From assembly GCA_002305445.1 (NCBI GenBank), contig DBRA01000023.1:1-14629 (forward strand): 14,629 nucleotides of DNA. Reading direction: 5' to 3'. This stretch comes from Clostridiales bacterium UBA1380. Its GTDB lineage: Bacteria > Bacillota > Clostridia > Oscillospirales > CAG-272. The notes below the pieces were generated by a model. The model made no database searches and was not told the origin of the DNA. It saw only the letters and a program-made list of their open reading frames with translations. The translations under genes were made by a program, and so were the position numbers. Shown piece by piece: positions 1 to 7,229 of the stretch (its first letter is position 1; each line of letters begins with the position of its first letter).

Positions 1-2
1 CC

Positions 3-242
3 GATAACACAAATAACTACCACCTGTGCTTTTATAACCTGTCGGATGCGGAAAAAGACTGGATAAAAAGTCAGGAGTGGACCCACGCGACGTATGAGTT
101 ATATAGCGCTTCCGGCGGAGAGGAAACCGCGGACGAGTACCGTGTGCGCGTCGCGTGGGATTACTCGGCCAAGGCTGCGGATGGACAACGGCGTGCTGAC
201 GGAGATATAAAAAAGCTCCTTACAAGGAGCTTTTTTATATGA
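3..242 (+). CDS. Hypothetical protein, C-terminal fragment (5' end lies outside the window)
   Basis: Frame 3 is open from the window edge to TGA at 240-242. Codon usage is GC3-rich and matches neighbouring genes. No start codon falls inside the window, which explains its absence from the ORF track. The last codons overlap the terminator hairpin. Confidence 0.35.
   Translation, partial: DNTNNYHLCFYNLSDAEKDWIKSQEWTHATYELYSASGGEETADEYRVRVAWDYSAKAADGQRRADGDIKKLLTRSFFI
208..238. terminator. Bidirectional intrinsic terminator
   Basis: aaaa-AGCTCC-ttacaa-GGAGCT-ttttt: a 6-bp stem with an A-run on one side and a T-run on the other. It sits between two convergent CDSs. Confidence 0.55.
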
Positions 243-346
243 CGAAGCCTGCGGCGGCTTTTATAAGAAACATTTTGTGGAACGCAGCGATACCGGCCTT
301 TTAACGGAGCTTATAAGCGCGGTACAGGCTGCGCCGTCTTCCTGCG

Positions 347-2332
347 TTACTTTCTTATGCCGGCTTTGCGCGTGTCAATAGGGGTTATACCGAGCGCGGA
401 TGCGTAAGCGGTGTTCGTCAGCGCGGCGAGCTTATCGGCGGTGACATTGTCCGGCGTTATATCGTTCGGCATCGCGGCGACGAGGTCACCCTCCTCCATA
501 CCGTGAGCGCGCATATACCCGATGCCGCCGTCGGAGCCGCGGAGCCATACGGGGTCTTTCGCGCCGCGCGTCATTATGAGATTGTCTCTGGAGCCGACGG
601 TTGAGTTATCGAGATGAGCCTTCTCAAGCCGCCAAATGGGTTCGCCGTCTGTCAGAATTATATTGCGCTCGAAGCTTATCGACAGGTGATCCTCCGGGCG
701 CGATACGCGCAGATCCGCTTCACCCGCGAAGGCGAACACGTTGTTGCGCACTGTGTTGAAGCTTCCGTAATGCTGATGATATACGTTGTCGGATGTATTG
801 TAGCAGATGTTGTTTTCGAGCGTTATGTAGCTCGAGCCTTCGTCCGTGTATAGCGCCCAGCCGCCGTAGGTGCGGCTCTTCACGTCGTGTATCACATTGT
901 GCGCGACGTGCGTCCCCGGCTGTTTTCCGAGCAGGTACACGCCGCCCATGTCGGAGAGCGCGCCCTTGCCCAGGTTGTGGATGTAGTTGCAGACGATCGC
1001 GTTGTCGCGGCTGACGCTGTCGCCGTAACCCCAGACCCAGCCGACCGATATGCCGGTGTAAAAGAGGTCGCGAATCTCGTTGTGCGCGATCCTGTTTTCA
1101 AACGAGTGCATGATGAGGATGCCGCATGCCGCCATATACCTGCGGCCGCACTCGGCGATAAGGCAGTCCTCGACGGTGACGTTGTGCGTCAGGTTCGCCG
1201 TGTCGGCGGCTGACGCCGCTCCGTTTATCTTGACGCCGCCGGCACCGCCGTCCGTCATCTCCGAGCGCAGCACGCGTATCTTATCGCAGCCGTGCTTTAT
1301 GTTTACGGCGTGAACGCCGAAGCAGCGTATCGAGCAGCTCTCGAGCGAGCAGTAGTGCGCGTAGGCGAATTCGATCGCTCCGTGAGCGTTGCAGACCGCC
1401 TGCGGGTCGGATGCGTACCGCTCGCCGCTCTCTCCGCTCGTTTTGCCCGTCGCCGCGTATTCTCCGCGCGTATATGCGAAATCGATGTTGCGGAAACGTA
1501 CTCCGCGCGCCTTATTTCCGGGAGCGCCCTCGATTACGAGCAGCTTCTGCGTTACCGGCGCGTATGCGACGATGCTATCGGGCGTCTGCGACACATCGCG
1601 CGGTATATAATATACGCGCTTAGCCTTGCGGTCGAGGTAGAACTCGTTCTTTCGGCCGAAGGCGTTAGCGACGTTTTCGAAGTAGTAGTCGAGCCCGCCC
1701 GACGAGCCGAACTCGCCGTTCATAGTGAAGCAAGAGCGGTATTTGAGCACAAGCCTGCCCGTCTCCGCGTCGTACGACTCGACCGGGCTGTGCTCGTCTA
1801 TCCAGAAATGGCAGAACGAGCATATAACGCCCTCGAAGCCGGACGATGCGACGGGAGCTGCGCCGTCCTTGTCGGCGATAAACCAGCGCGAACCGGCGAA
1901 GAGCGCGCTGTTCATCTCCTCGAACTCATGCGCGGTGAAAAATCCCGTTTCGGGCCAGCGCGTCAACGACGCCCTGCGTCCGTCGACATAGAAGTCCGTG
2001 AAATCCGCCGTTTCACCGACCGGCGCCGAAAAACACTCGACGCCGTTGAAGGTGTCGCGAACGAAGCCGCGTATTCGCCTGCCGCCGGATATGAGAGTCC
2101 TGCCGTGGAGCGGCTCGATAGTCACATCGAACATATCCGCGTTTATATGTATCGGCTCGTCAATGTCGTATTCGACGTCGCAGAGACGGATCGAGAGCGG
2201 CTGCATCGCGCCTTCGGAACGCAGCTTGACGACATATTCGAGCGCGCCCTTTATGTTGGTAAACGAAGGCGAATAACAGGACGCGCCGGATTTATCTACG
2301 TACACCGATGTGATTTTCGAGTATGCGAGCAT
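347..2332 (-). CDS. Right-handed parallel beta-helix repeat protein (pectin-lyase fold; probable glycoside hydrolase or lyase), 661 aa, no signal peptide
   Basis: Long ORF. It carries repeated N-x-[IV]/[HY]-N beta-helix rungs (HNEIRD, CNYIHNLG, HNVIHD, ENNICYNTSDNVYHQHYG, RNNVFAF). An SD (GGGGAGTG) lies 9 nt upstream of the ATG. The N-terminus is not hydrophobic. Confidence 0.7.
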   Translation of the reverse strand: MLAYSKITSVYVDKSGASCYSPSFTNIKGALEYVVKLRSEGAMQPLSIRLCDVEYDIDEPIHINADMFDVTIEPLHGRTLISGGRRIRGFVRDTFNGVECFSAPVGETADFTDFYVDGRRASLTRWPETGFFTAHEFEEMNSALFAGSRWFIADKDGAAPVASSGFEGVICSFCHFWIDEHSPVESYDAETGRLVLKYRSCFTMNGEFGSSGGLDYYFENVANAFGRKNEFYLDRKAKRVYYIPRDVSQTPDSIVAYAPVTQKLLVIEGAPGNKARGVRFRNIDFAYTRGEYAATGKTSGESGERYASDPQAVCNAHGAIEFAYAHYCSLESCSIRCFGVHAVNIKHGCDKIRVLRSEMTDGGAGGVKINGAASAADTANLTHNVTVEDCLIAECGRRYMAACGILIMHSFENRIAHNEIRDLFYTGISVGWVWGYGDSVSRDNAIVCNYIHNLGKGALSDMGGVYLLGKQPGTHVAHNVIHDVKSRTYGGWALYTDEGSSYITLENNICYNTSDNVYHQHYGSFNTVRNNVFAFAGEADLRVSRPEDHLSISFERNIILTDGEPIWRLEKAHLDNSTVGSRDNLIMTRGAKDPVWLRGSDGGIGYMRAHGMEEGDLVAAMPNDITPDNVTADKLAALTNTAYASALGITPIDTRKAGIRK

Positions 2333-2369
2333 ATATGTTCACTCCCCACAAAACGTTTACTTAATTCGT

Positions 2370-2398
2370 ATTTTAGACCACCGAGATATATATGTCAA
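2370..2398 (-). promoter_or_regulatory. sigma-A promoter for the beta-helix gene
   Basis: On the minus strand: TTGACA (2393-2398), 17 bp, TAAAAT (2370-2375). The leader is about 35 nt and leads into the SD. Confidence 0.5.
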
Positions 2399-2404
2399 TA
2401 AAGA

Positions 2405-2445
2405 AAACAAAAAAAGACGGAAGTGATTTTTTCTTCCGTCTTTGG
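2405..2445 (-). terminator. Intrinsic terminator of DUF1836 gene #1
   Basis: AAGACGGAAG (2414-2423), 9-nt loop, CTTCCGTCTT (2433-2442). On the minus-strand RNA the stem is followed by a 7-nt U-run. Confidence 0.7.
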
Positions 2446-2462
2446 CAATAATATTTTCGGTT

Positions 2463-3023
2463 CTATTTTTTATCGGCTGTCTTCACGCTGCGCAGCACTC
2501 TCTGTGCATACATCTTGCATGCGAACGCAAGCGCCGACGATTTTATTATCAGCTCGAGCCTATCCTCGTCGCTTATAAGCTCGTCGTCAAGAAGCACACC
2601 GCCATATCCGCTGCCCGAATTTTCGATGTAGTTTTTTATACCGTCTGCCGTGCGGTCGAAGGTTACGGCAATGACGTTGTCTATCTCCTCCGCGAAGCGG
2701 TTGTATGAATCTTCAAAGTTATCCGAGGCGTTTATCACCGAAAGAAGTATCTTTATCTCCGATATGCTGAAGACTCGCTTCATCAGGAAAATTATGATAA
2801 GCTGCGCTATGTGGCTCCTGTCGTATTTTTTCTTGTTCGGCGGAGCTATCACGTGCTGCTTGACATAATTGTTTATCATCGTGCCGGTGGCGATTTTTTC
2901 GTCCTCGTCCGCGAGAGCCGCGAGCTTTATATCGAGAAGACTGACGACCTGATCCATATATAACTCAACTTCCGGAAGCTCGTCGTATCGCGGACAGGAG
3001 AAAGTCGATGCCGTATCGCTCAT
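2463..3023 (-). CDS. DUF1836-like protein with a MerR-type HTH-like core, 186 aa
   Basis: Motif LYMDQV...TGTMINNYVKQHVIAPPNKKKYDRSHIAQLIIIFLMKRVFSISEIKILL matches my recollection of the DUF1836 signature and the MerR HTH pattern (TLRxWxxxGLLxPxxxxxYxxxHIxxLxxIxxLKxxxSIxEIKxLL). It is homologous along its length to the 213-aa ORF at 10353-10994. SD TGAGGA lies 6 nt before the ATG. Confidence 0.7.
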   Translation of the reverse strand: MSDTASTFSCPRYDELPEVELYMDQVVSLLDIKLAALADEDEKIATGTMINNYVKQHVIAPPNKKKYDRSHIAQLIIIFLMKRVFSISEIKILLSVINASDNFEDSYNRFAEEIDNVIAVTFDRTADGIKNYIENSGSGYGGVLLDDELISDEDRLELIIKSSALAFACKMYAQRVLRSVKTADKK

Positions 3024-3057
3024 CTGTTATCCTCATTGATGTGATATCGTTTGTAAG

Positions 3058-3086
3058 ATGATATCATATTATTCTTATTTTGTCAA
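3058..3086 (-). promoter_or_regulatory. sigma-A promoter for DUF1836 gene #1
   Basis: On the minus strand: TTGACA (3081-3086), 17 bp, TGaTATCAT extended -10 (3058-3063). Confidence 0.45.
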
Positions 3087-3103
3087 TCGAACCTATGTAA
3101 CTA

Positions 3104-3132
3104 TTGACATTGACGGAAATATATGATAACAT
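3104..3132 (+). promoter_or_regulatory. sigma-A promoter for the SGNH hydrolase gene (divergent from the one above)
   Basis: TTGACA (3104-3109), 17 bp, TGaTAACAT (3127-3132). SD AAGAGGTG lies 5 nt before the ATG at 3183. Confidence 0.4.
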
Positions 3133-3182
3133 AGTATTATACTCTATGTGTCAGGTTATGTGTTATCTTAAGAGGTGTTTTT

Positions 3183-3905
3183 ATGGTCGGTCTTGAATCG
3201 CTTTATATTTTCGGTGACTCCATCATGAAGGGCGTTATGCTCGATCCGTCCAACAAACGATATGTGATCCAAAAAGGGCCCGGAGCGGAAGCATTCTCGC
3301 ATACGACGGGACTCATCGTCACGAACGATTCCAAGTTCGGCTGCACGATCACGCGCGGCCGCGAGCGGATCGAAAAAGCGCTCGCACAGGGCAAGCGCTT
3401 TGACGCGGTGCTGCTCGAATACGGCGGAAACGACTGCGATTTCGACTGGAAAAAGGTAAGCGCCGATCCGGACGGAGAGCATCAGCCGAAAACTCCGCTC
3501 GACCAGTTTATCGCCGAATACAAAAAAATCATCAACCTGCTGCGCTCGCATCTCGTCACGCCGATCATTATGACGCTGCCGCCGATAGACGCGCACAAGT
3601 ATCTGAATTGGCTGGCGATGAACGGCCTTTCGCGCGAAAATATATTAAATTGGCTCGGCGATGAGCAGATGATATACCGCTTCCAGGAACTTTATTCGCA
3701 GACCGCCGCATCGATAGCCCGCGAAACTGGGGTGCTTATCGCGGACGTAAGAACAGCGTTTTTGTCGCGGCGCGACTTCAACGATCTGATCTGCGACGAC
3801 GGCATTCATCCCACCGAGAAAGGACACGCGATTATATATAACGCTCTGGCTGACGCGGCTGCCGCCGCCGGTATCACGCACCCTCAGCTCAACAACGCAG
3901 GTTAA
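3183..3905 (+). CDS. SGNH/GDSL-family hydrolase (esterase/lipase-like), 240 aa, cytoplasmic
   Basis: Block I FGDSI (Ser nucleophile), block III GGND, block V DGIHP (catalytic Asp/His). Good SD. Confidence 0.85.
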   Translation: MVGLESLYIFGDSIMKGVMLDPSNKRYVIQKGPGAEAFSHTTGLIVTNDSKFGCTITRGRERIEKALAQGKRFDAVLLEYGGNDCDFDWKKVSADPDGEHQPKTPLDQFIAEYKKIINLLRSHLVTPIIMTLPPIDAHKYLNWLAMNGLSRENILNWLGDEQMIYRFQELYSQTAASIARETGVLIADVRTAFLSRRDFNDLICDDGIHPTEKGHAIIYNALADAAAAAGITHPQLNNAG

Positions 3906-3978
3906 AAAGCTTTTGAAGTTTTTACTAAGTCAACCGTACCGTTTTATAGGCACCGGTTTCGTTAAAATATACGGTCGC

Positions 3979-4006
3979 AGGACGGCTCTTCGGAGCCGTC
4001 CTTTTT
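3979..4006 (+). terminator. Intrinsic terminator downstream of the SGNH gene
   Basis: AGGACGGCTC-ttcg-GAGCCGTCCT (10-bp perfect stem) followed by TTTTT. Confidence 0.75.
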
Positions 4007-4184
4007 ATGCGCTGCGGTGTTCGCCTGACAGATTTTACTGCCTCTTTCGATATATTACGCCATACAGTAGCACGAGTTCCGCGGTTATCTATTTACACGG
4101 CGAATAAGTATATTATGCGACCCGCTTCTTTAAATTGCCTGTAAAAATGACAGTGCATTCGGTTCATAATGGCCTGCAGCGGGT

Positions 4185-4241
4185 TTCGACATAAAAAAAC
4201 GTGCCGCGTCACAGCACGATTTCTTCGAACTGCGTTCGATT
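4185..4241. promoter_or_regulatory. Candidate Spo0A-binding (0A-box-like) motifs in the spo0A upstream region
   Basis: Perfect TTCGACA (reverse complement of TGTCGAA) at 4185-4191. One-mismatch copies TTCGAAC at 4224-4230 and TTCGATT at 4235-4241. Confidence 0.3.
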
Positions 4242-4318
4242 TTTATCGCATTAAAGAATTGTCAATATTTACCAATATAAGGTACCAATTTTTGGCAGTC
4301 AGTATGTGGTACGGTATC

Positions 4319-4347
4319 TTGATTTTTTCTACATCATATGGTATCAT
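4319..4347 (+). promoter_or_regulatory. Candidate sigma-A promoter for spo0A
   Basis: TTGATT (4319-4324), 17 bp, TGgTATCAT extended -10 (4339-4347). About 43 nt to the ATG at 4391. Confidence 0.4.
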
Positions 4348-4390
4348 ATCTAACGTTGAACCAAATATTTACATTTCAGGGGGTTATTCC

Positions 4391-5158
4391 ATGGACGACA
4401 ACATAAAGCTCCTTATCGCCGATGAGAACACAGAGACAAGGAAATCAACGCGCGATGCCCTTTCCCGTTTAGGTTTCAGGATGATTGATGAAGCGTCCAA
4501 CGGTGAGGAGGCGCTTCTTAAGATAAATCGCCTGCACCCGGACATCGTTATCTGTGATATCTGGCTCTCCAAGCTTGACGGTATCGGTCTCATCAGAAGC
4601 TGTAAAAACATAAATTTTGCGCCGGACAACTCTCCTGAGTTCATCGTAGCATCGCTTGTTTCGAATCAGAACATACTGGTCGAAGCGGCAAATGCCGGTG
4701 CCTCGCGCTGTATGATGAAGCCGCTTGATTTTCAGAGCCTCGCCGAGCAGATCAATACCCTGATGCTTAACAGAAAGCAGGGCGCGAACCGCCGCGATCT
4801 TCCCGTCGACCTCGAGGCACAGGTGACGAAGATCATCCACCAGATCGGCGTTCCCGCGCACATCAAGGGCTATCAGTACCTGCGCACCGCGATACTTATG
4901 ACCATAGCCGACAGCGAAGCGATAAATTCCGTAACGAAGGTGCTTTATCCCGGCGTCGCGAAGCGATACTCCACCACCACGTCGCGCGTCGAGCGCGCGA
5001 TACGCCACGCGATTGAAGTCGCATGGGACAGAGGCGACGTCGAGGTGCTGAACTCCTATTTCGGCTATACGATCCAGAATGACCGCGGCAAGCCGACCAA
5101 CAGCGAGTTCATCGCGATGATCGCCGACGACATGCGGCTCAAGTACAAAATCAACTGA
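4391..5158 (+). CDS. spo0A: Stage 0 sporulation response regulator Spo0A, 255 aa (start at 4391, not the track's 4169)
   Basis: The C-terminal domain is near-identical in pattern to B. subtilis Spo0A_C ([20 protein letters not shown]...[36 protein letters not shown]...[20 protein letters not shown]). The N-terminal receiver carries the phospho-acceptor Asp ([11 protein letters not shown]) and a conserved Lys (MKPLD). SD AGGGGG lies 7 nt before ATG 4391. Confidence 0.9.
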   Translation: MDDNIKLLIADENTETRKSTRDALSRLGFRMIDEASNGEEALLKINRLHPDIVICDIWLSKLDGIGLIRSCKNINFAPDNSPEFIVASLVSNQNILVEAANAGASRCMMKPLDFQSLAEQINTLMLNRKQGANRRDLPVDLEAQVTKIIHQIGVPAHIKGYQYLRTAILMTIADSEAINSVTKVLYPGVAKRYSTTTSRVERAIRHAIEVAWDRGDVEVLNSYFGYTIQNDRGKPTNSEFIAMIADDMRLKYKIN

Positions 5159-5181
5159 AATGAAACGCCTGATCGTTCGCG

Positions 5182-5201
5182 CCGGCCGGTTTATCCGCCG
5201 G
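5182..5201. terminator. Possible weak GC hairpin between convergent spo0A and the MBL gene
   Basis: CCGGCCGG-tttat-CCGCCGG forms an imperfect stem with no clear U-run. Confidence 0.2.
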
Positions 5202-6086
5202 TTATGCCTTAGGCTGTATTACCTCGCCGTCGGACACGAATACTATGTCCCCGTCGATGTCGGTGCGAAAGACAGTTATGGAGTGGGCTTCCAGCTTAGA
5301 GAGCGTTTCGGCATGAGGATGTCCGTAAGAGTTGTCAGACGCGCAGGAGATTACCGCGTATTTCGGTGATATCGCGCTGAGGTATTCCTCCGTCGTTGAC
5401 GACACCGATCCATGATGGCCGACCTTCAGGATATCGGCCTTGAGCGCGCCCAGTGAAGCGGAGTCGAGTATCTCCGATTCGGACAGGCTTTCCGCATCGC
5501 CGGAATAAATCACGGCGTTATCGCCGAAGACGGCTCGCACGACGATGCTGTAATCGTTCATGTTCTCGTAGCCGGTCGAGCACGGAGCGAGCAGCTCGAG
5601 CCGGAGCCCGTCCGAGCCGACTTCTATGACATCTCCTGCGGCACCGGCCGTAACAGTCGTGTTTTCGGACTTTTCGAGTGCGTCAAGCATTTTTTCGTAT
5701 GTAGAGGTCGTCGCAGCGACATCCGGCAGGATGGCTTGCACGACCTCAAAATTATCGATGACGGCGGCGGCTCCGCCGATATGGTCCTCGTGCGGGTGCG
5801 TGAATATCGCCACGTCGATCGTCCTGACGCCGAGCTTGTGCAGCTGCGCGACAATCAGGTCTGAGGCTGACGACGGCCCCGCGTCGATAAGCACCACGGT
5901 GTCAGACGTCCTGATAAGCTCCGCGTCGCCCTGCCCGACGTCGAAGAAGTAGAACTCCGCGGTGCCAATGACGGGTGCTGAGGGCGCTGTAAAGTAGTTC
6001 CATGCTATAACGGCGATTATGACGAGCGCCGCAGACAGAAACTTGATGGCGTTATTTATCCTTGCGGACTTTTTAGAACGGCTCAT
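5202..6086 (-). CDS. MBL-fold metallo-hydrolase, ComEC/Rec2 C-terminal-domain-like, N-terminal membrane anchor, 294 aa
   Basis: Motifs FFDVGQGD, HPHEDH, KVGHHGS and YGHPH are typical of the beta-lactamase-like domain of ComEC. The N-terminus has a hydrophobic helix (FLSAALVIIAVIAW). Confidence 0.85.
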   Translation of the reverse strand: MSRSKKSARINNAIKFLSAALVIIAVIAWNYFTAPSAPVIGTAEFYFFDVGQGDAELIRTSDTVVLIDAGPSSASDLIVAQLHKLGVRTIDVAIFTHPHEDHIGGAAAVIDNFEVVQAILPDVAATTSTYEKMLDALEKSENTTVTAGAAGDVIEVGSDGLRLELLAPCSTGYENMNDYSIVVRAVFGDNAVIYSGDAESLSESEILDSASLGALKADILKVGHHGSVSSTTEEYLSAISPKYAVISCASDNSYGHPHAETLSKLEAHSITVFRTDIDGDIVFVSDGEVIQPKA

Positions 6087-6121
6087 TTATTATATGCTCT
6101 TCCTTCGAAGTATAATGATAT

Positions 6122-6150
6122 ATTATACCATGGGAATTGTGCTGAAACAA
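6122..6150 (-). promoter_or_regulatory. sigma-A-like promoter for the MBL gene
   Basis: On the minus strand: TGgTATAAT extended -10 (-10 hexamer at 6122-6127). The -35 (TTGTTT, 6145-6150) is weak, at 17-bp spacing. An AAGGAAGAG SD follows. Confidence 0.45.
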
Positions 6151-6165
6151 GCCGTTCATTTGCTC

Positions 6166-6597
6166 TTACGCGCGGTCGGAGCCGAAGATACGCTTTTTTA
6201 TCATGCTGCAGATGTGCAGCACCGGCACACATAAAAGCAGCCACAGGAGAACATAGAGCGGGCATATCTGGCCGAGAATGTTCCCCCACATTCTCGAGTA
6301 GTCCCACACGTTCAGCTTCATCGTTATGTTGACGACACATCCCACGACAAACTCCACCGCGGTTATAAGAGCGCAGCCGCATAAGCAGCGTATATAAAGC
6401 CGGGTCCGGCTCATTGTGTTCTGAATGCAGTAAAGACCTATCATGCAGACAGCGCCGGCTATCGTCATGGAAGGGTGCGTAAACCCGCGCCACGCGACCT
6501 CGAGAAGGTTGTAAGCCGAACCGCCGAACGCCGCAACGGAACCGTATTCGAGCGTACGCTCAGCAATCTTTTTCGCCGTCACAGCCGACAAATTCAA
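6166..6597 (-). CDS. Small polytopic membrane protein, 143 aa, TTG start. It possibly belongs to the 'putative ABC-transporter type IV' family (PF06541/DUF1113); that is recollection and uncertain
   Basis: Several hydrophobic helices. The conserved-looking segment NVWDYSRMWGNILGQICPLYVLLW matches my memory of that family. The competing frame 6083-6493 is Arg-rich and looks spurious. The start is uncertain (TTG at 6597 or 6591). Confidence 0.55.
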   Translation of the reverse strand: MNLSAVTAKKIAERTLEYGSVAAFGGSAYNLLEVAWRGFTHPSMTIAGAVCMIGLYCIQNTMSRTRLYIRCLCGCALITAVEFVVGCVVNITMKLNVWDYSRMWGNILGQICPLYVLLWLLLCVPVLHICSMIKKRIFGSDRA

Positions 6598-6643
6598 AAA
6601 ATCACCTCCGCGGACTTATTTTTACCGCAGAGGTGATTTTTTA
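6596..6643. terminator. Strong bidirectional intrinsic terminator (end of the flotillin operon)
   Basis: aaaaa-ATCACCTCCGCGG (6601-6613), 11-nt loop, CCGCAGAGGTGAT (6625-6637), tttttt. The stem pairs 12 of 13 positions. Confidence 0.7.
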
Positions 6644-6713
6644 TACGGTTGTGATCAGTCTTATATGTGCATACGCGATGTAAGCCTAATGTGACTCTTG
6701 TGTGTTTCCCTTT

Positions 6714-7214
6714 CTATACGCGCATGCGGGACGATAACTGGCGTTTGCAGACTATGTAATCTATTAGGATATCGATTGCATAATATATCGCGGCGGAAAG
6801 AACGACTGTGACGATATACGAAACCGGCGACGACGATATCGCGCCGCCTAACATAAAGCACACCGCTATGAAAAACGCGATCAGCTCCGTTATGTTCTGC
6901 GGATTCTCCATCCTCGCGGCAAGCAGCTCGCGCGCTGTCGGAACAACGCCCTCGTATTCGCGCGCAAGCTCCAGCTTGTCGAATATCAGCCTGTATTTAG
7001 CCGTGAAGTAAATCACCCAGAAAAGTACGATCAATACAAGGAATCTTACCGCAAGCGATGAATAGTACATCCGCCACGCGTCGTCCGCGATGAATCTGAA
7101 CACCGCGTTGAAGACGGTCATCAGCACACCCTGCGTTACCGCGTGTATAAGGCTGCAGATCAGATATATGACGATATATATGCCGAGCGTCTTAATTACT
7201 TTCATTGCGCTCAT
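6714..7214 (-). CDS. Hypothetical 4-TM membrane protein, 166 aa (last gene of the flotillin operon)
   Basis: Four hydrophobic segments. The ATG lies 15 nt after the flotillin stop and is preceded by ACGGAGTG, which implies co-transcription. Confidence 0.7.
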   Translation of the reverse strand: MSAMKVIKTLGIYIVIYLICSLIHAVTQGVLMTVFNAVFRFIADDAWRMYYSSLAVRFLVLIVLFWVIYFTAKYRLIFDKLELAREYEGVVPTARELLAARMENPQNITELIAFFIAVCFMLGGAISSSPVSYIVTVVLSAAIYYAIDILIDYIVCKRQLSSRMRV

Positions 7215-7229
7215 GGCGTCACACTCCGT

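Noticed and set aside
1292-2401. 369-aa plus-strand ORF (and the smaller ORFs at 614-1623)
   Set aside because: It lies entirely antisense to the 661-aa beta-helix gene. The predicted protein is Arg/Ala-rich, which is typical of frame-shadow ORFs in GC-rich coding DNA. It has no SD.
3024-3060. Repeated GATATC-containing segments (gatgtgatatcg / gatgatatcat) between the DUF1836 gene and the SGNH gene
   Set aside because: They are short and built around a common restriction-site palindrome. They overlap the -10 of a promoter and are insufficient to call an operator.
3913-4107. 64-aa plus-strand ORF after the SGNH gene
   Set aside because: It spans the intrinsic terminator at 3979-4006, and no SD precedes it.
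4169-4390. In-frame 74-codon stop-free N-terminal extension of spo0A (the ORF-track start at 4169). It includes a hydrophobic stretch that could mimic a TM anchor
   Set aside because: ATG 4391 has a good SD (AGGGGG, 7 nt), and [13 protein letters not shown] aligns with the canonical Spo0A N-terminus. The extension overlaps promoter-like elements and has no SD. The long open frame in AT-rich DNA is statistically odd, though, so comparative sequence could reopen this.
4469-5008. 179-aa minus-strand ORF
   Set aside because: It is antisense to spo0A and has no independent coding support.
6083-6493. Alternative 136-aa minus-strand frame overlapping the 143-aa membrane-protein gene
   Set aside because: It is Arg/His-rich with no hydrophobic segments. 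It would remove the promoter and SD of the MBL gene. The 6166-6597 frame encodes a coherent membrane protein.
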